Positions 28,365 through 40,873 of a stretch of 64,000 bases of DNA are shown here, one piece after another (position 1 is the stretch's first letter; every line of letters starts with the position of its first letter). This stretch comes from the human T2T-CHM13v2.0 reference genome, Homo sapiens, in assembly GCF_009914755.1 (NCBI RefSeq), contig NC_060933.1; one strand, given 5' to 3'. The notes beneath the pieces were generated by a model. It was given only the letters and a program-made list of their open reading frames with translations. It searched no databases and had not been told where the DNA came from. The position numbers and the translations under genes were made by a program.

Positions 28365-29435
28365 AAAAGGAGCCAGAGGGCTTCTTGGAAGAGTGATTGA
28401 TTCTATGGGTGGGGCAGGAAATATAAAAGATGAGCCTAGAGCATGCTATGGTGCCGGAAAGTAACATTGTGTTCATAAAATCTGATGTTGAAAGATCACA
28501 GGAGCCAACCTGGAAGAGCTCCCAAAGGCCAAAGCTGGGACAATAGAAGCAACAAAATAAATTATGAAATCATTGCAACAGAGCCCACTGAATCAATGTT
28601 TATGATTCCTTTGTGATATACATAAACAATCGCATAAACAAATTAACGGGGTGAAGGGGCCATTCTTCTTTACAGAAGAATTCTAATTAATGAATGTGAA
28701 GGACATAGGAAATCAACATTAGAAGATCCCAGTGGTGAGTATTGCAGCAGGTTGTATCAATAGATGCTGAAATTAGCATGTGAGGATTTGAGGAAAAGCA
28801 GGATGTCTCAATGGTCTTGAACTATCTCTCCCAAGATATGTATCAATTACAGAGGGAGAAATGGTAACTCTTCAGTGGAGAGGCCTGGTGGACATGCTGT
28901 TGGCCAGATGATGAAGGTTGACATCACCAGTAATGACATGTATCGGCATCATGTACCTGCTCACATGATGCAACAAGAAGGCACAGCACATATTTACTAA
29001 TCTTGCCACAAATGTGAAACCTCAATTTAATCATGAGAGAACAAGATGAACCAAAAAAAAATCCCTAACCAGTAATCTTCAAAAGTGTCAAGGTAATGAA
29101 AGACAAGAAAGAACTGAGGAATTGTCCCAGATTGGAGGGGATTAGGAGACAGGAGACATAAAAACTAAATGTAACGTGAGATCCGGAATTGGATCCTGAA
29201 ATAGAAAAAGAACATTAGTGGGAGAACTGGGAAGAGCCGAATAAGGCCTGTAATTTATTTACTAGCATTCTACCAATGTTCATTTCTTGGCTATGCTAAT
29301 TGTACTACGGTTTGTGTAATATGCCAACATTACGGAAAGCAGGGTGAATGGTATAGAGAAAGCCTCTGTAGTATTTTCGCAAGGTATCTGTAAGTCTAAA
29401 ATTATTTCAAAGCAAAAGCTACAAAAAGAAAAAAA
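28365..29435 (+). mobile_element. Old L1M (L1MC/MD-like) 3' region
   Basis: Ends with TGTAAGTCTAAAATTATTTCAAA followed by an A-rich tail. Confidence 0.6.
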
Positions 29436-31647
29436 AGGAGACTAAAAAGAACTCAGAAGTAATGTAAATTTTTGAGGTAGGCAGAATAGCTCCTACATCT
29501 GCTACTGTTCAAATGGAACTGTTGCTTCTGTCATCACATACCTCCTTTTGTGAAACAGTTTTCAGGGTTTTATGCAAGCAAACATTATAAAAAGAACTAT
29601 TAAAGTTCTTTTTAAATATTCAAATTTAAATATAGCAAACTGTACTGCTTTTTAATATTTAAACATTAAATATAGCAAACTGTGCTGCCAGACAGACCTA
29701 GATGCAAGTCCCAGCTTCAGCATTTTCCATCTGGGTACATTTTAGATAAATTACTTAACCTTTCTAAGCCTCAACTTCTTGATACACCAAATGGGGATAA
29801 GGAGAGCCCTTATGTCACAGGTGGCAGTGAGAATGAATTTAGATCATGCGTGTAAGATGCTCAGGAGACCACATGATGCATAACAAGGGGTCAGAAATAT
29901 CAGGTGTTCTTACTACTATTATTGAAAACATAACTTTAATAATAGTGCAGTGTAAATGACAGACTGTATAACTAATAATCATTAGGAGCTAATAATAACA
30001 TCTGTGTAGTCAGCAAAGATTTAAGCTTGGTCTTGAGACCCACTGTCATGGAGTAGAAAGTCCCTAGGCTAGAAGCCATCTTGGATGTTGTTAGAGTTAG
30101 AAATTCCAACAACATCCAAGATGCTGTTGACAATACCCCAGAGGAGGAAAAGGGGTGAAAGTCAAGAGACAAGGAGACCTGGGACGCCTCTGTCCCGGCA
30201 GCGTAAGCCCATGAATCCAGGGCACACCTTTGTAGAGTCAAGGAAAACCGCATCCAGCTGACCATCTGAGGTAGTCTTCGCCCTACTCTGCAAACAGCAG
30301 CCTTTACCAGGCATAAGCATGCACACGGCCCAGGTCTGCTGGCCTGCCTGTCTCCCCAGCCACAGAGCCTACCTGCACCTCGCCACCCGCTTCAGGTTCA
30401 CACAGATGCCATCATTTTGGCAAGGGTTTGGGTCACATGGGTCTCTGAAGTACTGTGGCCAGTTATGGTCCTCCAGGGGGCCTGTGTTCTTCACTGACGG
30501 CTTCTGTCAGCTGGGCTGCCCCTGGCTGAGGCTGACAGGTACGGCTTCCTCTAACATGGCCTTTCCTGAACCTTCTTTGGAGACCTGCTGCTCCTGGCCT
30601 TGGAGAATGAGGCCTTGGGGGCTCAGTCTTTTGCCTTTAGTGGGAACTTCAGTCTGGCTGAGGTGGGTGATATCTTCAGGAAATAGAGGGTCACGAGGAA
30701 GATCCAGGATTAGTAACTGACTACAGCGAACTCCCACTTCTGGTGAAAGTTCCCCAGCCTGATTCTATCTCTAGTGATATGTCACCCCCAGTGACATGGA
30801 AAAGTGGCTTTGAATCCAGCTGATTCCCACGGTACTAGCTAGTTTTATTTTAAGGTAATCCAGACACATTTTTATTTATTGAATTTGCAAAATGAAGCAT
30901 AAAGTTAGCATGGATAGACTGATGGAAACTAAATTGAAATCAGTGAACTGTTACCTCTGATAAAATTTTCAAAAAGATGACACTAAAATTTCAGTTTCTT
31001 TCAGGGACAGTTAAAATAAAGATGTGAGTCCTTGACCAATTGAAGAAAATGTGGTTCTCCTACAACACATTTTTTTTAACCTCATCCCCACCCTCCATGT
31101 GTGCTTTAAAATCAGGATAAAATCAGTAGAGTGCCAAGAGCATAGGATTATTTACTCAGGAAGACCAAGAAAAGTACCTTCAAAGTCCACAAACATGATG
31201 AGGTCATCATTTTTCAGGAAACTCCTCCTTTTCAGCATTTGGTGGGAGATGAAACCACTCCAGCCAAAGTCAATGCTTCTAAAACAATTACAGTCAGCAT
31301 GATAGGTTCCCACCCTGGACGGCCTGTCCCAGATGACAGTGTCATTTGTCGCTGCAAAATTGTAGGTAACATAAAATCACATTACCTCTTTAGACTTCAC
31401 TTTCCAGTTTGTCTTTTATGAGGATACAGGGCTTTGTGAATCAGAAAAAAATAAATAAATAAAAATAAAAATAAAAAAAGTGTTGGAAAAAAATTAAGCT
31501 ATTTACTCTTTCCAGGAGAATTGCAATTCAGAATTGAAAGATGGGAGAGGCAGAGAATCACAGCTCTGAGTGATCAGTTGTCTGCTACTGCGTGACTTTT
31601 TTAATGAAAAGAGAGGGACAGCTATGGCTTCTTTCTTCTGAGGCTTA

Positions 31648-31947
<300 letters not shown>

Positions 31948-34900
31948 TTATTTCATGAACATAGTGATATTGAGTGCTATTTTAGGAGTAAGTACATTAG
32001 CTCTGCACAGAGCCTAGCAAGTTCCGAGTATTTGATAAATGATTAGCAGTATCTGTTTCCTCAATCACAATGAGATCAATGAGGCAGGGATCACCTGATT
32101 CACTTGTATTGTAAGTACCTAGCACAGAGTTTGGCACATGGTAAGCCCTCAACAGATGTTTGATGAGTGAATTTAGGAAAGGGAAGGAGGATGTGATGGC
32201 ATTGAAAATCTTAACTTGAAACTCCAACACGCCTATGTTATCGGTATTCCCAGGCGGAAAATGTGAGGAGAACGTTACTCTTTCTTGCACCACAGAATCA
32301 CATCTGTGGGCCTCTCTGGTTCGAGGGGCAGTTCTTATTTATGCCAACACCACCCACCTGGAGATATGTGCAACTTGGAGGTAGTGAACACCAAACTTAA
32401 GGACATCCTGTTCCTGACATCAGGTCCTGGTCGAAGATGGTAATTATCACCTGTCTGTTTTCTACCGGCCACTCCAGGATAGCATCATTCTCCCCACTGC
32501 ACATGTAAAAAGCAAGTCTCAAATAGCCAGAGCTTTCTCTGCCATGGGGGTATAAAGTTAACCCAAAACCGCATCCCTCTGAATTGTAGAATCGAGGGCT
32601 CTGAAGCTTGTCCCCTTCGCTGGTGTTCTCAAGGACCTGGGAGAAATTCTGGACTGTCCAGACCCCTGTGGGGCAGGGGGTTTCTGTCAAGAGTGATGTC
32701 ATCCAGGTAAATTCCCCCAGTTGAGTTCCGAGGGTCGCCTTTTGTGCCCTGGAAAAGTTAGCGAAATTCCTGTTCCTCTTTGAGTACCACATGGGCAATT
32801 TTCCAATTATGGTCATCATCTCCTGAGGACAGAGAACAAGGCTGGTGAGAATTGTGGCCAACACTGAATGAGTACTTATTATGAGTGTGGCACAGTGCCA
32901 TGTGCTTTCCATAAATGATCTCATTAAATCCCCACAGCAGCCCTATAAAATAGGTACTATTATGAACTGGTTAAGTAACTTTTCCAAAGTTACATATTTA
33001 ATAAGGAAAAATGGTTTTTTAAAATACTATGATTTATTTTAAAATTCACATTCAAATCTTAACCATGAATTTGTTTTCCACTATCACTATAAGAATCCAG
33101 GTTCTGAATTTCCTCCTGAGTTGGCTGGTTCAACTGTAACCCCTAATGTTAGCAATGAAAGCCCATTAGGCTGAATCGTATAAAATGAAACCGACTCCCT
33201 CTCCAACATCTAGACTTTTTTCTCTTCCTTATATTATCTGAAAGTTCAGCACGTAGGGCAGTGAAGTAAGCCAAAGAGAGTACTATTGTCTAGAAATTCA
33301 CATTCTAATAAAGATTAGGTCTACTTGCTTTTTCTCTGAGCATGAACTGGAAGTGGGACTTTTGAATTAAGAGCTGAAGAAAGATGGTGAGAAGGCTGTC
33401 CTAGAGCATGGGATCCTGGGTTGAACAGCAGAAGAAGCCAGGCAGGAGCTTGGGGGCACTGGAGAGAGGAAACTGAAAGCAGAGCAACTCAGTTCCGCAA
33501 AGAGATGCGCCTACACTGATATTTTTGCACAGGACATTCCCTAGAGTTGGGCTTGAAGAGGAGAGGAAAAATGCTTCCAAGTGGAAGTCACATTGGCTAA
33601 ACTGAGTTCCTACAGATGAGTGTCTTTTTTCCTTCTTCTGTGTCTTTTAACCAGAAATCCACTGACAGAACTATACTTTCCCTGAAACAGAAAAGACCTT
33701 TAATCTCCCTTTGTTTTCAGACCATTCTCTCTAAGGACAACTTCAAGGGACAGGTGTACCAATGTTATGTTTCCTAGGGTGGAGCTGATTATGGCCTGTG
33801 TGGTTAGGTTACATGGGAACATAGGAGAGAGGTAGAGAAGGCACACGACCACCTCTGTAACATACAAATCTAGGTAGCTGCCATCTCCTGGGGAGAGCAC
33901 TGCAACCTACTGGAAGACACATGGACTTGAAGGGTAATAGGTGCCAGAAAGTCTAGGAATAGGAACAGAGATACAGCATTTGAACTATTTATCCAGCAGG
34001 TTATAGATCACGGGAATTCTGTCAAGAGAATAGGATTCCGTTCCTGCTGATGAGTACCTGCTTTGTTTTTTCTTAATATAGGATGTCCAAATGAGGTTGA
34101 GATGGGGGAATGTGGCACTGGGAAGGAGACCCAAGAGGGTCACATAAAGAACACTAAGTGATATTCAACTAACCTTTTTGAAAAGTTTCATTGACAAACC
34201 AGTATCAGAACAGACTACTTTAAAAATCCTTTCATACAGTGTTCCCAGGGACCGTACACAGGCATACTCTGAATTCAATGAAACACAAAGCACAGCAGTG
34301 TAAGAAACTAAATTAATCATGGGATGTTTGCTTGATTTTATGCTTTGAAGTAACACTGAGCTTTAGATGAAAGTGAGTGATAATAGGTCCCATCAATATT
34401 ATTGAAACTCTAACTCATTTTCTCATTAAATATTTACAATCCTTGGTAACATAACACATCCTCAACTCTTAAAGAATATCTACCTGTCATCCTTTCATCA
34501 TATAAACTATGATAAATTTCAACCAGAAAAGTGAACCCCTCAAAACTGTGATTTGTAGAGTTCCCAGGCAGCCCAGAGTGCCTTGGATATAGGGGATTTG
34601 GGAACCTGTTCTTACAAGTGACCTCTAAAGAAGGTTTCTCCTTCAAGAGCAGCAGATATATAAAAAATAATTCCTTTCTCTGGACTCATTTCAACTGATA
34701 AATGCCAAGGTAGGCAGTTGGATGCTAGGATAATCTGGCCATAAATCATGATTCAGGGTTATAAACAAAGTATATGCTTTATTTTGTTGTGGTGGTGGTT
34801 CCTTCATAACTAGGAAAAGGGAGACAAGCTTTCTTACTTTTCAACAAAAAGTTTCTCTATCTATACTCATTTACATGCTGACCTTCTTATATAAATACAC

Positions 34901-35054
34901 AAAGTGACTCTTAGGAACATGTAAGTGATTATAGGAAGTTAACATATACCAATGACTTATTTGCCACCAACTTTATAAGTAGGCTTCTAGTTACTGCAGC
35001 ATATTAAATAATGGTATCATTTGTTTTTCTGAAACATGCAAAACACTGGGTCAA

Positions 35055-35130
35055 TTTTTTTTTTTTAAGATGGTGTCTTGCTCTGTCGCCAGGCTGCAGA
35101 GCAGTGATGCAATCTTGGCTCACTGCAACC
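35055..35130 (-). mobile_element. Truncated Alu right-arm fragment at a block junction
   Basis: Poly-T...GCTCACTGCAACC, then an abrupt switch to GC-rich sequence. Confidence 0.8.
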
Positions 35131-35860
35131 ACATTGCTACCACTGTAGCCGAGCTGTGGTCTCTGATGTCACCACCAACTGCAGCGAGGTAAGCCACGGA
35201 GGCGCAGGCTCTGGCTCCAGCCTCCAGCATGCAGCGGTGTCTCTTCCTTCTCCTCGTCTTCCAGCCCGGCAGGAGAAGCTCCCGCTGCTAGCCTCCCTCC
35301 TACCGCTCCGTCACCAACACCACCAACAGGGAGGCAGCGCCCCAGGCTCCAGGCTCCAGGCTCCAGGCGGTGAAAACTAATGGACCCTTCTAGTTCTCTA
35401 ACCCAGGTACCTAGCAGCTGGACACACCGACACAGAAGACCCAAAAATGACGCACCACTTCCTCAGCATGCTTTATATACTGAAGTTACGGATCCTGGAC
35501 TACATGTTCTGATTGGATGAGAGAAAAACCTCTAGGCCTACTCTGATTGGACTTTATTTTCATGCTGTGATTGGTTATCTTAAGACTTGCTCTTATGCAA
35601 TCAGAACATGAAGTCTAGGAACCGGCATGCGCATAACCTCCGTATATAAATGATGCTGAAGAGCCGTTACGGTTTTTTTTTTTTTTTTTTTTTTAGGGTT
35701 CGGTGTTTTACTGTTGAGCTGCTCAGTGCCCAGCTTAGAGGACCAGGAAAAGGAGTCACCGGCCGTATGCTGGAGGCTTGAGACACGGCACAGAGGCGCA
35801 GCTCGCCTCGCTATGGTTGGTGGTGGCAGTGGAGATTGCGATTGCAGCGCGGCTGGAAGG
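35131..35860. promoter_or_regulatory. Inverted-repeat bidirectional promoter-like element flanked by divergent BAGE-exon-1-like (possibly ACRO1-related) units
   Basis: TATATAAA on - (35472-35479) and on + (35643-35650); ATTGG at 35512, 35546, 35570; NRF1-like GCATGCGCA at 35625-35633. GAGCTGCTC...GCTTAGAGGACCAGGA...CTGGAGGC resembles the BAGE 5' exon as recalled. Confidence 0.6.
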
Positions 35861-37105
35861 GTAGGAAGAGGAAAATAGTTTTGGGATAGATAGAGGGGTG
35901 GGTAAAGAGTTTGGTTATTGCCAAAGGGAAAAAAGGATAGCGAGGAGGAGAAGGCATTGCAAAAAGACGATGGGGAAAAGATGGTGGGGAAAAAAGGTTT
36001 TGGGTAGACGGAGGTGGAAAGACGGGTTGTGGAGCGGGAGTGAGGGAAGGTTTTGCAGAAAGACGGTGGATAGGAAGTTTATGGGTGGATGAAGGGGGAA
36101 AAGATGGTGGCAATTGGGGAGAGGAGAGAGTGGTGAGGTGGGGGAAATGGGCGAGCAGTAGGGAGAGAGGGTTTTGTGAAAAGACAGTGGGGAGAGAAGT
36201 TTTTGGGTAGATAGAGGAGCAGAAGAAGATAGCAAGTGGGAGAAGGAAAAAGAGGGTAACTAGCGGGAGGAAGACAAGGTTTTGCGAAAAAACAGTGGCA
36301 GAAAAGAAAGATGGTGGAGAAAAGATGGTAGGTAAAAAGTGTTTGGGTAGATGGAGGAGGGAAAGAGGGTGACAAGGAGGAGAAAGAGGGTGGCGAGAAG
36401 GGAGCAGGGAAAGAAGGTTGGGAAAAAGACGGGAAAATAGTTTGGGATAGATGCAGGGCAAAAAAAAGGGTGGCAAGCAGGATAGGGGAGAGAAGAGGAC
36501 GAGTGGGAAGAGGGGGCAGACTTTGTGAAAAGATGGGGAAATTTTGGGGGGTAGATGGGGGGAAGAGGGAGGTGAGCAGGAGTGGGGAGAAGGCTTCGAG
36601 AAAAGATGGTGGGGAAATGTTTTTGGGTAGATGGAGAAGGGAAAGAGTGGCAAGGAGGAGTAGGAGGAAAGACAATGAGGAAAACAGTTTTTGGGTAGAT
36701 AAAGGGGGAAAAGAGGGTGGTGAGCAGCAGGAGTGGGGAAAAGGCTTTGGGAAAAGACGGGGGGGAAATGTTTTTGCTTAGATGAAGGAGGAAAAGGGCA
36801 TGATGACAGCAGGAGGGGGAAAAAAGAGGGTGGCCAGGGAGAAGGGGGAAAATACGGTGGGAAAAAACGGGAGAAAGTGTTTGGGTAGATGGTTGGGGAA
36901 AAGCGTGGTGAGCGGGAGAATAGAGAAGGCTTTGCGAAATGACGCGGGGTGGGGCGGGGAGAAAACGAAATGATGGTGGGGAGATAACGGTGAAAAAGTT
37001 TGGGGGTAGATGGAGGAAGAGAAAGGGTGGTGAGAGGGAGAGGGCGAAATGCGGTCGGGAAAAGAAGGTGGGGAAATGGTGGGGGACAAAAGTTTTGGGT
37101 GGATT
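35861..37105 (+). repeat. Degenerate purine-rich (G/A) tandem repeat
   Basis: About 13 recurrences of TTTTGGGTAGATGG-like anchors at ~70-140 bp spacing; very few C on the + strand. Confidence 0.8.
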
Positions 37106-37109
37106 TTTA

Positions 37110-40100
37110 AAAATAAGATTATTTGTATTTTCACTTTTGAGTAGTTTGAGTTCTTTAGATATTTTGTGTATTAACCTCTTGCCTGATGCATAGTTTGCAA
37201 AGACTTTCTTCCATTCTCGGGTTCTGTCTTCATTATACTGATTGCTTCCTCTGCTTTGGAAAAGGTTTTAAGTTTAATGTAATTACATCTTTGCTTTCGT
37301 TGCTTGTGCTTTTGATGTCTATTTGAAAATTCCTTGTCCTAACCAATTTCATGAAGCATTTATCCTATGTTTTCTTCTCTGGTAGTTTCATAGTTTCAGG
37401 TCCTGTATTTAAATCTTTATTTTGAGTAGATTTTTGTATATGGTAAGGTAATGGCCTAGATGTATCCTTGTACATGTGGGTGTTGGGTTTTCCTAGTACA
37501 GTTTATTGAAGAGATTGTCTTTCCCGAAGGTGTGTTCTTGGGGCCTTTGTTAAAAATGAATTGACCGTAAACGCGTGAATTTATTTATGATTTCTCTATT
37601 CTGTTTCACTTGTCTATGTCTGTCTGTCTCATTCGTTCATCTCTCTTGTCTCTCCCCCGCCCCTTTTATTGATAGTACCATGCTGTTTTGATAGTACCAT
37701 CCTTACTATAAATTTGTAGTATATTTTGAAATCAGGTAGTGTGATGCCTCCAGCTTTTCTTTTTATTCCACATTCTTTTGTCTATCTGAGGTATTTTGAA
37801 CTTCCATGTGAATTTTAAGATTCTTTTTCTATTTCAGTGAAGAATGTCTTGTAATTGAACATGGATTGCATTGATTCTGTAGATCACATTGGGTGATACA
37901 CATATTTTAACATTCTTCTAGTGCATAGAGATGGGATATCTTTCCATTTACTTGTGTCTGCTTTAGTATCTTTCATCTATGTTTTATGAAGTTTTCATTT
38001 TGGGATCTCTTGCCTTTTTGGTTAAGTTTATTCCTAGATATCATTTTTTTTTTTGGTAATGAAATAGCTTTCTTGATTTCTTTCTTAGATATTTCACTAT
38101 TGGTGCATGGGTGTAGTATTCATTTTTATATTTTGATACTGTATCTTGGAACTTGACTAATTTATTATTTCTAGTAGGTTTTTTGTGGAATCTTTAGGGT
38201 TCTCTCTATATATGTTCATGTCACCTGGAAACAGACAATTTGACTCCTTTTTTCCAATTTGGATGCCTTTTATTGCATTCTCCTAATTGCTCTAGCTAGG
38301 ACTTCCAGTATTATGATGAACAAAAGTGGTGTAAAAGTAGCCACACTTGTTCCAGATCTTAGAGGAGAAGAGCTTTTAACTTTTCCTTATTGATTATGTT
38401 AGCTGTGGGTTTGTCATATATGGCCTTTATTGCACTGAGATATGTTCCTTCTGTACTCATGTTGTTGAGTTTTTATCATGAAGGAATGTTGACTTTTAAT
38501 TTTTTCAGCGTCTACTGAAATGATTATATGGTTTTTGTTGTTGATTTGCTGAATGTGATGTTGCATATTTATTTATTTGTGTTTATTGAATCATCCTCAT
38601 ATTCCTGGGATGAATGAAATCCACTTGATCATGGCAGATGATCTTTTTATTGCGTTGTCAAATGCAATTTTCAAGTATTTTGCTGAGGATTTCTTACACC
38701 TCTGTTCATGAGGGATATTTGCCTGTGGTTTCCTTTTTGTGTTGTGTTCTGGTCTGGTTTTTGTACCAGGGTCATGCTGTCCTCATAGAACAAGTTTCGA
38801 AGCCTTTCTTCGTCTTCATTTTATGGGGAATATTTTGAGTAAAATACATATTAGCTCTTTTAAAAATGTTTGGTAATTCAGCAGGAAAACCATGATTCTT
38901 GTGTTTTTCTTTGCCAGGAGACTTTTTATGACTGCTTTAATTGCATTACTCATTATTGGTCTGTTCAGGTTTTTTATTTTTATTTTTTATCATTCTATCT
39001 TGGGAATTCGTTATGTGTCTAGAAATGTATTCACTTCCAGATTTTTCAATTTGTTTGTGATGTTTTTAGTAATCTCTTAATGCTTCGTATTTCTGGGTTA
39101 CCAGTTGTAATGCCTTCTTTATGACTTTGTTTTCTTTTTCTTATCTAACTTCATCTAGTTAAAACTCGTCAATTTTGATTTTTTTTTAAAAACACCCCAG
39201 CTTTTGTTTCATTGACTTTTTGTATTTTTTGTTTCTATTTTTAAAATTTCTTCTCTAATCTTTATGGTATTTTTTCTGCGAATTCTAGCATTTGATTGTT
39301 CCTGTTTTTCTCATTACTGGAGGTGTACTGTCAGGCTATTTGAGATCTTCCTACTTTTCTGATGCAGGCATTTATAGCTATACACTTTTCCTCTTAGAAT
39401 TGCCTTTGGTGCATCCCACAGGATTTGTTATGTTGTGTTTCTATTCTTACTTGTTTCAATAAATATTTAATTTCCCTTGTGTTTTCTTCGTTTCTTTTAT
39501 TGGTTGTTCATGGGTGTGTATTTTAATTTCCATGTATTTGTACAGTTTTTAAAGTTCTATCTGTTATTGATTTTTAATACTATTCGACTGTGGTCACAAA
39601 AGATACTTGATATGAATTCAGTTTTTAAAAATGTGTTGGGTGACCGAGGCGGGATCACGAGGTCAGGAGATCGAGACCATCCTGGCTAACACGGTGAAAC
39701 TCCGTCTCTACTAAAAATACAAAAAATTAGCCGGGCGTGGTGGCCGGCTCCTCCGGAGGCTGAAGCAGGAGAATGGCGTCAACCCGGGAGGCGGAGCTTG
39801 CAGTGAGCCGAGATAGTGCCACTGCACTCCAGCCTGGGAGACAGAGACTCCACCTCAAAAAAAAAAAAAAAAGTGTTGTGACTTGTTTTTTGGCCTAACA
39901 CAGTCTGTCCTGTAGAATAATCGATGTGCCACTCAGTAGAATGAGCATTGTGCAGTTGCAGAGTGAAAAGCTGTGTAAATGTCTGTTAGGTCCATTCTGT
40001 ATAGAGTACAGTTTAACTGATGATGTTTTGTTGTCTGGATGATCTGTCCGTTCGCGATAGTGGGGTGTTGATTACGGTGGAGTGTTGAGGTACTCTATTA

Positions 40101-40725
40101 TTGTATTGCAGTCCCTCTGTCCTTTAAAGCCTGTTAATATTTGCATCTATATTTAGGTGCTTGAGTGTTGGTTGCATATGCACTTAACGGCTGTTTACTT
40201 CTTTCTCATTATATAATTATCTTTATTTTTTCTTTTTTTGAGTTAAAGGCTATTTTATCTAAGTATAGCTACTCCTGCTTTTTTTGTTTCCGTTTGTATG
40301 GAATATCTCTTATCATCCCTTGACTTTGTCTGTGTATGTCTTTATAGGTGAACTGAGTTCCTTGTAGGCAGGACATAATTGGGTCTTTTAATCCATTCAG
40401 CCACTCTGTCTTAATTTAATTTACATTCAAGATTATTATAGATAAAAACATACTACTGCCATTTTTTACTTTCTTGATTGTTTTGCTACTTTTTCTTTTG
40501 TTCTTTCTCCCTTCCTCTTTTCTTTCTGATCTCTTTTTATTTCTTCTCTTTCCTCTTTGCCTTTCTTCCTGTCTTTATTTGTAGTGAAGTAATTTTTTCT
40601 GGTAGTGTTTTAATTCCTTGCTTTTTATGTTTAGAGTGTCTGTTGATTTTTGTTTTCTGGTTACCATGAGGCTAAACAACATAATTATAACAAGTTACTT
40701 TAAACCGAAGAAAACTTAACTTTGA
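37110..40725 (-). mobile_element. Old, degraded L1M (L1MA-like) ORF2 region
   Basis: T-rich reverse-strand L1 motifs (TTTCCAATTTGGATGCCTTTTATT, CTAGCTAGGACTTCCAGTA, GGTAGTGTGATGCCTCCAGC). Confidence 0.85.
39638..39872 (+). mobile_element. AluY, 5'-truncated with an internal deletion, inside the L1
   Basis: GATCGAGACCATCCTGGCTAACACGG; AAAA(T/A)GTGTTG on both flanks. Confidence 0.88.
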
Positions 40726-40728
40726 TTG

Positions 40729-40873
40729 GTCTCAGCTACTCAGGAGGCTCAGGTGGGAGGACCGCTTGAGCCTGGGAGGCCGAGGTTGCAGTGAGCTGAA
40801 ATTGCGCCACTGCACTCTCTAGCCTGGGTGACAGAGTGAGACCATGTCTCACAAAATAAATAAATAAATAAAA
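40729..40873 (+). mobile_element. Alu right-arm fragment fused to the broken L1
   Basis: Starts mid-element (CTCAGCTACTCAGGAGG); (TAAA)n tail. Confidence 0.8.

Noticed and set aside
32397-32924. 175-aa ORF with MATH-domain sequence as an intact gene
   Set aside because: Only the part between two frameshifts is in the MEP1A frame; the start is intronic and the flanks are out of frame
35811-37193. Long ORFs (280 aa, 198 aa and others) rich in Pro/Ser/Leu/Phe or Gly/Lys/Arg
   Set aside because: Artefacts of the purine/pyrimidine-skewed repeat, which lacks stop codons; no domain resemblance
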